A stretch of DNA of 63,175 nucleotides, filler included, from Perkinsus chesapeaki ATCC PRA-425 (taxonomy: Eukaryota > Protista > Perkinsozoa), in assembly GCA_013115145.1 (NCBI GenBank). It is 11 parts of 11 records of this genome, joined end to end, with 100 filler letters (N's around TTAATTAATTAA, not from the genome) between each part and the next. Parts side by side here need not be neighbours in the genome. Positions count along the whole stretch, not along the records: positions 33,326 to 57,991 come from JAAPAO010000540.1; 10 more parts are not named here. One strand, written 5' to 3'. Made by a program: the position numbers and the translations under genes. The notes under the pieces were generated by a model. The model was given only the letters and a program-made list of their open reading frames with translations, did not search any database and was not told the origin of the DNA. Of this stretch, positions 37,896 through 49,158 are shown piece by piece (positions within the stretch are counted from its first letter, which is position 1; each line of letters begins with the position of its first letter).

Positions 37896-40800
37896 TTATC
37901 TTCTACGAGCAGCCATAACTCTATCAACCAAATCAGCTACACCGGGAACTTCCGCAGAATTAGGATTCACCTCCATAGTGGCAAGTTTCTGAGATAGAAC
38001 CAACCATTAAAGTATCTAGGAATGAGCTCAAAGCTCAAGCTCGAATCCTTCCGGTACTCGCGTCCCGTAAACGTCAGATGGTATACATCGTAGCCCCGCC
38101 ACTGGGTCAAGAGACGGACGCCATGTTTACAGATTAGACCCAATTTCGACCTAATTCTGGCTGAAGAAAATTTTAAAATCCTGACACTTTCGGAATAGAT
38201 TTTCCCATTAAATTTCATGATTTTCTTATTTTCCAAGAATCCATTCTCCTCACCTTAATCTCCGGCATGGCATTCCCCATCGCAAAGGACACATCAGCTT
38301 CCTGTAGCATTTGGTAGTCATTCAGTGCATCACCGATACAAGCAACGCATTTATCTACCAACAATATCGACAAACATGAATCGCTTCGCTCCGCCTACAT
38401 CCCAACTTCTCCTTCAAAGCATCAACGCCGAAGCCTTTGTTGGCCCCAGCTGGAATTATGTCCGTTAAGAACGGCAATGACTGCGCCGAGGTGCAACCCT
38501 TCGACCTGGGCAAAGACGACGTTTCCATGTTTCTCCGACTCGGGACAAACTCGCCCATATACTTGGCAAAATTTTGAGCCTTCTCGAGGACATGAGCCGT
38601 TAGAGGGCCTTGAGTGGACATGATGTGAATCTGACAGGGCAGCGTTATGTGATGAGATCGACACACTGAGTAGTGGAAGTGGAAGGCCAGACTGAGCTTA
38701 TCAAACTGGGCCGAGGATTCACACCAACTGCGACGGGAAACAATACTAATTCCATTCCTTAAATACCAATTGATTGTATGTTAACTAAGTTACATCCCTT
38801 AATCGTTAATTTCTCTTGACAAAATTTCCCCCAAAAAATTTGATTTTGTCAAAGATGCATCTGAGAATTCACGTCGACCCAATCTACCAATTCTACATAT
38901 ATCATACCGTAATATCGCTCGCCCACATTACGCTCGAATTGGGTGACGAAAAGGTCATGATATTATAAAATTTACTCTTAACTGTTACCATGATGCTATT
39001 TTCCAAGTTTCGTGTTCTAAGCCGTAAAATTAAACGGAAGCTTTACCGAAAAAACGGATTTTCATAACGGTTTGGTTCGCACTGTACATATACCCCTCAT
39101 TTCACTTCTAGGCCTTCCTGGAGACTTTGACCAGATGAGGGAATGATGATTTGCCCTCCTGGGAAATACGATCCTACTTCCCCGGTGATAGACTACAACC
39201 GGACTCCTGTGCTACCTGCCACATATCTTCGGTCTCATACATAGGCCGCACTAGAAATATAATATTATACAGACGAATATTTACAATACAAATACAATTA
39301 CATACAAAATTATATAATTACAGTAAAACATATACTACAAAAAATAGAAATATTTTAATGTATCTTACATTCGCCTGAACTTGCGAAAAAAAGTAGCGGT
39401 TTTCGAGATTTGTGGAGCAGATGAAACAGTTGATCGATCTCGACCTTCTCACCATATGAACGGAAATATCTTCCTTTTTAATCTTCTCCAGCATCCCCTC
39501 ATAAGAACCGCAGTCTTCAGGATACGGATCGCCGTAACTGACACATGCAGTATCTTAGGTTGAAGCGCGTAATTGCTCCATAGTGGACTGCGAGCTCGGT
39601 TATTAGCAAGCTCGTTTTCGATAACCTGCACTTGGCCTCACCGGAATGAGTTGCTCACACGCTGAATTTATAACTTCAAGAACCAACTTGATTTTTCTAA
39701 CTCTAACACTTGATCTAATCGATTTGGCTCGTCGATTTCGTCAACAAAAGAGCGGAGCGGTACGCTTAAAGCGGTACGCTTTATCAGATTTCCGGACACC
39801 TATCCTCTCTAGATGGTACCCGAACTGGGCACACTTCATTTTTAAGAGGCACACATTATCATCAACTTTTAACTAACTCATATATGACATGTGTCTGATA
39901 GATGTGAATCTGTTAAAAGATTTTGTATGTCAGACTTTCCAACGGATCCACCAGAAAAACGAAGGATCCCACATAAATCTCTTTAACTCAGGAAAAAATC
40001 CGAAAGTCGGAGTACTAAGAACCTCGCAATTGCGGAGATATCATTGGAGTTCTTTATCTTACGTTTCAAATAGGGAAACCACTTTAGGGGAGTTGTAGGG
40101 GGCATATACGTGGTCACCACTGCAGCACATAATAACTACATTATCTTCATTTTTGAAATTGTTAACAACCGCTACAACCTGCATGAAGAAGAACACTAAC
40201 AACAATTAGGTTCCGTCAACAGCTGGTTAATAATAGTAAAGTAGCCCACTGAAGCTGATACACGGAGTAAATACTATAACAAATATATGTTGATACCATA
40301 ATTCCCTCCATTAAGACGCATAAAGCACGAAATGATCCCAACAAATAGCGTTCATGGATGCTAGCGTATCTATGAACGCTGAAGTGAACGAATTCAATTT
40401 AATGACATTCAATCGAAGCGATCACTTTTTCCTGATGCCACGAAAATTCAACGAAAATCCAGAAAAAAATGAACTGCAAACTCACCAATGTTAGGAAATA
40501 GATAAATTGCGAAAAATGTCACCCGTTGTAGATAGCGCATATTGCATCTCCTTCGTGGCCCTCTAAAGCGCCATCATTCGCCGTTTCGAACATGCCCACC
40601 GTTAAAAATGCCCCCCCCCTTACATCTTCATAGGTATGCGTTTTCTCCGCGGCAACTGATCCAGTTTGGTCGTAGACAACACAACCGTTTAAATAGATAC
40701 CTGGTCGGGAATACCTACAAAAGGGGCCGGGTTCAAATCCTGGCAGATGCATTTTAATACAAATCGATTCCACCGGGAGTAAAGCACTTCGCAGCCGACC

Positions 40801-41047
40801 AGCGGCATCTTCCAGTAGCCGGTACAACGGGAACTGAAGGAAGCTACTTAAATGTTATTAGTATAAAATTACATCCATTTTTATCAGCTTTATTTATCCT
40901 ATTAAATGTTATATCTGGTATTGTATGATTCGGTGATAATAACGTACCATCCATATCAGCACATATTAAATCAATCCTATCCAATATATCATTATACGAT
41001 TTATTAACCAATAATGACGGAGTAGTGTTATTAGTAATATTGGGCAT
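37896..41047 (-). CDS. Cof-type HAD-IIB hydrolase, paralog 1
   Basis: LICADMDGTLL (motif I), VVPATGR (II), YSRPGIYLNG, IIPAGANKG (III), ACIGDALND (IV), AMGNA, PGVADLVDRVMAARRR*. Confidence 0.9.
40727..40755 (+). other. tRNA(Gly-like) 3' end filling a 46-nt HAD1 intron (antisense)
   Basis: CCGGG TTCAAAT CCTGG CAGATGC A TTTT; the T-stem pairs fully; intron 40715-40760. Confidence 0.8.
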
Positions 41048-41449
41048 AATCAACAAAGAGGAACTGTCAAGTCTACGTAGTTCTGACACTGTCGTATCGC
41101 TCGGTAACCTACCCTCAATCTCTTTCGGTGGATCATTCAGAAATGATATTATTAGAACCTTATTATTTTTATAAATAGCTTCAATATCTATCAGCTGGAG
41201 TAGTGTCTCCTCAAACTAATGTATGTATATAATTTACGATAGACGACAATAAACTAAATTTATATACTTTTAATATTTAAATACCACCAAGAACACCGCT
41301 CGGAATCTATCATAATTCATATCAACGACGTTGCGTCATAATGACCTCTCACCAGGCGTCCCCTTACCCCCCAACGCAATCGCTTGCTCCTATGAAACAA
41401 TACCAGTGGTAGCGGAGATGATGTTATCTATTTCCTCATCACACGAAAT

Positions 41450-43509
41450 TTAGGTTGTTGCATATGACGCTCCTTTTTGGCTTCTCTTTTCTCGCGGCGG
41501 CGCCTTTGCTCCTCATTTTCAGTATCAACCTGGATGATAAAGTTTTCCTACTGCCCTTCTATGAACAAGCAGGAGAGCTAAGTACAGTGGATGAATTCTT
41601 GAATTAAAACCTATTACTGCGGATAACACTATTATATACTAATATTACTAACACATCTCTGCGAATCAGATTTTGCTATAGATTATTTTGTATTATTATA
41701 AATATATATTATATATATAAATAGAAGCCGGAAAAAGCCAGGTAAACTGGTTTTCAGGGGGAGGAAGAAAACGATACTGTAAACATCGATCGCCAAGAGC
41801 TAATGTAAAAATTTTCCAAATAGTAATCCGATTAATAGAATAATCTTCACATAAAGATCATAAATTACTTGATTCAATCAACTAACCTATAATATATATC
41901 TTATCATTATTATTGACCTTCTATAGGCTTTTCGACTACTTGCTGTGAGCTGGTGATAATACGGTTGCTGTATGTGAGCATCCTTCCTTACTTCCTCGCC
42001 CGCTGCCCCAGAGAAAACGTAGTCCTTGATGAATCTGCCACCTTTATATAACAGATACGCTGGGACGGTCAAATAGAGATACCATCCATACGATGTGAAG
42101 GCTACCAGTAACTAAATAAACAGCTATCAAATATATCGATCACCTGATCGATTTGCGATCCTGATCTAATAATCAGAAACATGCCTAGCTCCCCGTACAG
42201 CAGATAAAGCCTTCATTTTGCCTTGTAAGCCGCTATAAAGTCTATCTCACCTCAAACACGCGTTGCCTTCTTTCAGACCAAAAATTAATTTTTTCATTTT
42301 TTCATTTACTAGATTTTTTGTATACATATATAGCGACTCTTCTATTTCTTATAATATAAAAATGATAAACGGTAAATGACGTTACGTCATTCACACGGAA
42401 TAGACTAAAGCCCAATCGCTGTTATTTTATAATGCCACTACCCGGGATCGAACCCACGACCTTTCCCTTCTCACCTGTGTCGTCAAATTAATGATAAAAA
42501 GATCATTACTTGAATCAAACGGCACACCTAGCTTCAACGAACTCGTAATCGAGTTATATGTATAATAAGATACCACCGAGAATAGTATGAACCCAGCAAT
42601 GTTCCAAGCATCTGACCAAATCGATCAATCGGGCGCGCGCTACTTACACCACTTACCGAAGGAGCTCCATTGCGGAAATACCTTATAGGTGACATAGATC
42701 GAATTGACTATGGCAACGGCGAAAAAATAATACTGAAAAAATAGAGGCATAAAAAGTCCATAGGGATGCTAAGACCGTTGGAATGGTTTTTGAGAAATAA
42801 AATGGTATGGATGATCGCCAGGTTTTGTGTGAAGGTGACTACAGTTCGAAGCGGCGGTAGAATGTACTTTGGCTCTCAGCAATGGACGGCAATATCTTGA
42901 TAATTATACGGCAGCTGCGTAATACGTACTGATGCTAGGTTAATAATTCTAATAATGTATAAATAATCATTAATGAACTTTCAATCGTGTCGGATTAAAT
43001 CACCGTGAGGAGATCAACGACCTTAAGTGCAGCAGGGAGATTCCAAAAGCACGGGAGCAATTTTTAGGTACTTATTTCGGTCACATCCGGAAATCGACCT
43101 TTATAACTTTTCGCCCATAATTAGCCAGCCAATTACGTTCGTACAAGTCACTTCGCAATAGGAATCTATTTTATCACTACTGCTACTGCGGTATAATATC
43201 CTCCCTCAACTCTACTATATAATCGATAAGTGAAGTCGAAGGCAGTCGATACCAAAATACCTTATAGATTCGAAGGGTACTAAATGGCATAAACCCCCTT
43301 TCGTTTCATCCACAAAAAGATTACATAACCATACAAGATAAAAGGACAGGAACTCGGGTGGAGGAGAGCAAAAATTGTGTGAAAGGGGACAGTTTTTCAT
43401 AGCGTGAAAAAAACGCACCTCGCCGGGATCGAACCCGCGATCATGTGATTATTACTTTCGTCAGCTGCTCCGCTCTTGCTCGATTCTTCTTTTCTGCTTG
43501 TCCAGCCAT
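41450..43509 (-). CDS. TMEM208: TMEM208/SND2 (DUF788) membrane protein
   Basis: Spliced MAGQAEKKNRARAEQLTK|YYFFAVAIVNSIYVTYK..NLTTQ|LLVAFTSYGWYLYLTVPAYLLYKGG..|ENEEQRRRREKRSQK..*. Confidence 0.82.
42433..42474 (-). other. tRNA 3'-half (positions 32-73) at the start of a TMEM208 intron
   Basis: GTGAGAA GGGAA AGGTC GTGGG TTCGATC CCGGG TAGTGGC A, 42 nt from the donor G. Confidence 0.75.
43414..43455 (-). other. tRNA 3'-half (positions 32-73, Ile-AAT-like loop) at the start of TMEM208 intron 1
   Basis: GTAATAA TCACA TGATC GCGGG TTCGATC CCGGC GAGGTGC G, then TTTTTTT. Confidence 0.78.
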
Positions 43510-43635
43510 GAGGAAAAATTGAATGTAAAACAGTCCCTTGCAAGAACCCGGATTAGAAACCCGAAACCCAAAAACTCAAAACCCAAAACCCAAATAAATC
43601 TCTTTAACTTGGGAAAAAATCCAGAAATTGGAGTC

Positions 43636-46079
43636 CTAAGAACTTCGCGAGTTGTAAACACGATCGATCAAATCTGCCACGCCCGGCAGGCTCTCATCAG
43701 AATTGCAGTTCACCACCACTTTGGCGACTTGCTAAAAACAAACAGAAGCGTTAGAGCATCTTTCGGCCTAATTCTTCTCACCAAATCGTCATTCAAAGTA
43801 AACCTCACGCTTGGATGGGTAAAACACATTTGCACAAGTTTTCAGAACTTCTGCACCAATACACTTGGGGAAAACAAGTGCACGAATGTCCCCCCTGGAA
43901 CCGATATCATTTTACTTTATCGAGATTCTGAATTTCGATTTACTATTTAAATTGTTAACTACTGCTAATTAGTTGTTCGCTACAATTACTGTTCTATTTC
44001 AGAACCTCTGAGCGCTTCCCCAGCGTCGAAGCTGATCCGCGTTATTCGACAGGAAGACATTTTCTTGAAAGCTAATACCAGAATTTGCGATAAGAATACT
44101 GAAATAACGCTCAACTACCTTCAGCTTCGGCAGGGCATTGCCCATCGCAACGGGAAGATCTGCTTGAAGGAGCATACCGTAATCGTTCATTGCATCTCCT
44201 ATACATGCCACACAATTATCTGAGCAACTGTTTGGAGAGCACGCTTTAGGCTAAGATACTTCCTTACATCCCAGTTTGTCCTTCAGAACTTGCACACCGT
44301 AGCCTTTACTGACTCCTTCCGGGACGATATCCACAGCGACCGACACTGACTTGGCTGCAACGCAGCCCTTCGACCTATTAAAACGGTCATACAACAGTGC
44401 CTGGTTCGAGTTCTAATTTCCTTACTTTGCGAAAGCGTCCAGCTTCTCGCACATTTCGGACTTGATGGGACCATTCAAAGACATAACATGCATCTAAAGC
44501 AGAACCCTTGAAATAACCCGGCCGAACGAAGGCTGATGCAACCAGAACCAGCCTTCGTCATAATAGTTACTCACTCATTATTCATCAATAATCATCCGAC
44601 AGTCATATTTGGAGAGCAACGATTGTGGAAACCAGAGAGTTGCTCGGAAACATTGAATGCAGCGATTTGCGCACCTCAGCCAATCGACATCATACGCAGA
44701 AAGGCTACAGTTTACAGATCCTATTTCGAGCCAGAACTCACCACGTGAATTGGCAACTTCTCTCGACGTATTCTCTCCATCAGTTTCTCATATGATCCAC
44801 AATCTTCGGGCACAGGGTCACCAAATCTGAAAAAATGAAACTCCGTCGGCGGAGCGAAGCGTGTGACGCGCGCGCGGCTCATCTCATGTCACGGACCCAG
44901 AAATCGTTATATAGCGCTTTTTTGAATGAAATTTTTAATTTACAAGGTAGCCAACCTTTAGCGGACACTTATAAGCTATTGAGATCGCGAAAATGAAAAT
45001 GCCCAGACCCAGGATCGAACTGAGGACCTCCAGATCTTCAGTCTGGCGCTCTCCCAACTGAGCTATCTGGGCTATATACTACAAATGCGTATTTTCAAAA
45101 CGCCCGTGTATAACGCTGTTAACCACATTTCTCGAATTTAGTATCGATATATACGGACAAATATAAACCATTTGCACCTATTCCCATACGTTTATACAGT
45201 CCGCAGCGATAGTAGCCTCCCAGACTAGTAGAACGCGTGCGTCGAACAGTGAAATCCAACTTCTCGGTTTTCGACTCAGAAACAGACATCCCATGTAGAC
45301 TACGTGATGTAGCATATCCCTATTGGGCTAAAGAGATAACGGACAGTGTGATACTAACAACATATACTTTGAAGACTCCCATATCCTATAATTAACGATT
45401 CCATTCGGAAAAGTCGGTATGATCATCAAACAAGCTTTCACTTTAAACAGCGTACTTCTCGAAGACCTTAACAACCCTCTCGTCCCTGTACGGCGCAAAG
45501 ACCCTATCACCGCTGTAGCATAACAGCATCACAGACTTGTCATCAGCGAGGAGGGACACTGCAGCAGCTATCTGAACAGGCAAACCATCAAACTTTGGGC
45601 CTCCTGCGAAATTCTCACGTCCGAAATTTTGTGTGTCTTCTCGGCTGCTACGTTTCCTTTATCATCGTAAGTAATGGAGCCATTCAAATATATACCAGGG
45701 CGAGAGTATCTCGAAAGATGCAATAACATAGGATCGAACTCGCGAGCACCGTAACATTAACCACTAGTCAAAAGACGATGGCAACTTACAAGTCGATTCC
45801 TCCTGGGGTAAACAGACGACTAGTGGAGGCACGACACCTTCCAGTAGCCGGTACAACGGGAACTGAAGGAAGCTACTTAAGTGTTATTAGTATAAAATTA
45901 CATCCATTTTGAACAGCTTTATTTATCCTATTAAATGTTATATCTGGTATTGTATGATTCGGTGATAATAATGTACCATCCATATCAGCACATATTAAAT
46001 CAATTCTATTTAATATATCATTATACGATTTATTAACCAATAATGACGGAGTAGTTGTGTTATTAGTAATATTGGGCAT
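43636..46079 (-). CDS. Cof-type HAD-IIB hydrolase, paralog 2
   Basis: DMDGT, VVPATGR, YSRPGIYLNG, FGDPVPEDCGSY, ACIGDAMND, AMGNA; last exon QVAKVVVNCNSDESLPGVADLIDRVYNSRSS*. Confidence 0.9.
45000..45072 (-). tRNA. tRNA-Phe: tRNA-Phe(GAA), intact, inside a HAD2 intron
   Basis: GCCCAGA TA GCTC AGTTGGGA GAGC G CCAGA CTGAAGA TCTGG AGGTC CTCAG TTCGATC CTGGG TCTGGGC A followed by TTTT; all four stems pair. Confidence 0.96.
45725..45770 (-). other. A-box/B-box tRNA-like remnant in 80-nt HAD2 intron (sense)
   Basis: TAGTGGTTAA..GCGAG TTCGATC C inside intron 45710-45789. Confidence 0.6.
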
Positions 46080-46243
46080 TGAAAGTGCAGACTAAACTGA
46101 GTTGAAAGCTATTTTAGTCAATAATTTTGGAGTGCTTCAATCCAACACCTTTCCATAGGAAGAGACAGTGATAAATTCAACGATAAACTGAAGGGAATAA
46201 TCCTGCTCCAGGATTCCTGGAATGGCGGAGTTGGATAGAACTT

Positions 46244-48869
46244 CTATCGCCTCCCATTCGCAGCCAAGGTCCGATCAATCAGATCGGCGACGCCTGGCAG
46301 CTGGACATCGGAATTCGGGTTAACTTCTATTGAAGCAATTTTCTGAAAAAAAATTAATCGCTTTCTGACACTTCTAGCTACCTTAATTTCAGGGAGTGCA
46401 TTTCCCATTGCAACGGCCACGTCCGCCGTCTTCAACATCTCATAGTCATTCATGGCATCACCAATACATGCCACTCGCTCATCTATAAATGAGAGGCGCT
46501 CAATAAATCAATGCACCCGGGTTCGAACCCCGCACCCTACATCCAAGTTGCTTTAACACTTGAACTCCCAGTGCTTTACTCACACCTGCTGGGACGACAT
46601 CACTCGAACGCCAAAGAGACTGCGCTGCGGAACATCCACTAGATCTGATGAAACACAAAAACAGCATGGCGAAGTCCTCTATGTGCGGAAGCCAAACGAT
46701 AGCCACAACCAGAACGAACGGAAGAGTAGAATTCAGGTTTGCCTGAGGTAGTCTTACTATACTGGATTACAGTCATAACACAACATTTTAAAGGCTAATC
46801 GTAGCAAACCTCACAAGCTTCGACTCCAATCATCCAAGGAGTCGATGTGGCGTTACCAGGTTGCAGGTCATTCGCGTCCTTCAGCAATTAAACGAGTTGA
46901 CGATCTCGCTAACAGTAAGGATCGGTCGGTGTTTAAGGATATAAGGATAAGGAGATTCGCCCTGTGAAGGGTCGAGACATGCCATCCTCTGCCATAGGAC
47001 CAACCGACCAACCTTGGGCAGCCCACCAACCCTCCCAACACTTTGGCCAGACCCGAGCTTCTTCCTTTCTCTCACAAAACGCCTTATGTCCTCAACTGCC
47101 TACCGCCTTGAAATGTAGCCACACTCTTAGTAACAAGTATATCCGATATACTTCCAAGACCGCGGGGTACTCCATCGTGTACAACCTCAACGGCATGGTG
47201 ACATTCCGTTCTCCGTTCATTGAGCCTCAATGATCGAGTCCTAAGCTAGAACTGAGCCCACGTTGAGACCATAAGCTGTGCCAACAATGCAAGTATGGCT
47301 GCCAATACAGGCCGGAGGTCCATGTGGTCACAGAGTGCTTAACCATACGCCATGACTTAGCGCAACTCTGAGCACTAAATGGCCGGAGGAGCCTCAATAA
47401 TACAAGCTAGCTCCACTCTCTACTGCACCACTTTGAAGGGAAGCCATCGGCATCGCGACCTCGACGTCTGCACCAGTAGATGTATCACTAGCGAGATGTG
47501 CTTGAGATTCAATGCTGCAACACCATGATGTCATCTACCTTCATGAGGAAGATTTGGGGGGAAGGTTCAAGAAGGAGACATTCTCGTGAACCTCTACCTC
47601 GGAGTCCGCTTGCACCCGAATTTTCTATCCGGCCCAAGAAGTTCGGGCCGGAAAACCCGGCCCTACACCCTCTGTATGCAGAACGTGAGCACGAGGAGCA
47701 GCGATAAGGTTAAGAGCACAATCGATACAGCTGAGAATCCATTACTTTCAATCAAGCATTCACTTAGCAGTCTAAAATAACAAACGAGTAGGCAAATCTG
47801 TCAGTTATGTTACGTAACTGGTGACACCAGTCTGGTGTTTTCTAGATACACCTGCGTACGAGATTGGATCATTGATGTGCCCCAGATCTGGTAACCCAAG
47901 TCAGATTGCCCGACGGCGTTGATAGAATAACATCAGAATTCTCACCAGGATGCTTCCCAGAGGAAGCATCAATTTCATTCCACCTTCAGGACTTACTCTG
48001 CAAACGTCCGAATTTTGTCCACCATGCTCCGCTCCAACGGCCCTTCCAAGGACATGAAATGAATCTAATCACCCAAAAAACTTCGCTTTTCCATGGTATT
48101 TAACCCCCTACGAGATTCACAGGAATACTTTCCTCCTCAATCTTCCTGAGCATCCGTCCATAAGAACCGCGGTCCTCCGGACATGGCGTGTGCAATCTGG
48201 ATGAGAGGTCCCAGGTTTAATTCCCGCCTGCGGAACTCTTACGAATTATAAATTTCGATAATCTTCTCCGACCTATACGGAGCCAGTACGCGATCGCGAC
48301 TGTACAAAAGCATCACCACGTTATCTAATCCATCCAGCACCTTGACCGCCTTTGCAACCTACCAAATGGAGGTATCTTTGGACCAACACTCGGGACCCTA
48401 CATCCGAGTAAGTATGAACGCTTTCTGCTACCACCGCTCCAGTATGGTCGTAAGTGACAGCTCCGTTCAAATATATTCCCGGACGTGAAAAACTGAAAGG
48501 TACCGTCGGTGGGAATTGAACCCACGTCACCTCTAGCAGTTACAGATCAATGCCTCCTTTTGAAAAGCATTCTGCGGCAGATGCACGACTTCGTCCTGTA
48601 GCTGGTATAACCAGGCCTAATAAGGCGACTTACAGTCGAAGAACTGAGGGCTGATTTATAAAAAAATTACATCCATTTTGATCAGCTTTATTTATCCTAT
48701 TAAATGTTATATCTGGTATTGTATGATTCGGTGATAATAACGTACCGTCCATATCAGCACATATTAAATCAATCCTATCCAATATATCATTATACGATTT
48801 ATTAACCGCCACTGCAGCCACTGGTTCAGAACTGTCGTCCGTAGATGCCTCGCTATACGCTACAGTCAT
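46244..48869 (-). CDS. Cof-type HAD-IIB hydrolase, paralog 3 (with an enlarged intron of about 1.3 kb)
   Basis: DMDGT exon at 48660-48869, FSRPGIYLNG, LHTPCPEDRGSY, SLEGPLERSMVDKIRTFAE, DVVPAGVSKALG, ACIGDAMND, PGVADLIDRTLAANGRR*. Confidence 0.88.
46511..46540. other. Palindromic B-box / T-arm fragment at start of HAD3 intron
   Basis: Intron 46483-46539 begins GTAGGGTGCGGGTTCGAACCCGGG; GGGTTCGAACCC is self-complementary. Confidence 0.6.
46760..47900. mobile_element. Unclassified insertion within a HAD3 intron
   Basis: About 1.1 kb of sequence with no counterpart in the corresponding HAD1 region; fragmented ORFs; palindrome chain near 47817. Confidence 0.4.
48200..48235 (+). other. Degenerate tRNA 3' fragment filling a 46-nt HAD3 intron (antisense)
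   Basis: GATGAG AGGTC CCAGG TTTAATT CCCGC CTGCGGA A; intron 48197-48242. Confidence 0.6.
48501..48530 (-). other. tRNA(Leu-like) 3' end in 51-nt HAD3 intron (sense)
   Basis: GAC GTGGG TTCAATT CCCAC CGACGGT A, perfect T-stem; intron 48493-48543. Confidence 0.8.
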
Positions 48870-49010
48870 ACAAACACGGAAATGCAAACTGTACATTTGC
48901 CAACAATACTATTGTATAGTGTTATATCAGATTTATTACCATACAACACTTCTACTGTATTTGTAATATATTTTTCTTCTAAATAATGACCTGACATTTT
49001 TTCCCACAGC

Positions 49011-49045
49011 TCACGCCCCAGGATTCGAACCCACGCCCTCCCGCA
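49011..49045 (-). other. tRNA(Leu-like) 3' fragment between PAF-AH-like gene and HAD3
   Basis: GGGAGGGC GTGGG TTCGAAT CCTGG GGCGTGA. Confidence 0.65.
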
Positions 49046-49158
49046 CTCCAACTCAACCACCCATCCATAATGGAGAAACAAATCAATAACATCCTCACCC
49101 TAACAAGTGAGATGCGCCCAGTAAACAAAACCCCCACGTGCCGAACAGCACGAAAAAC

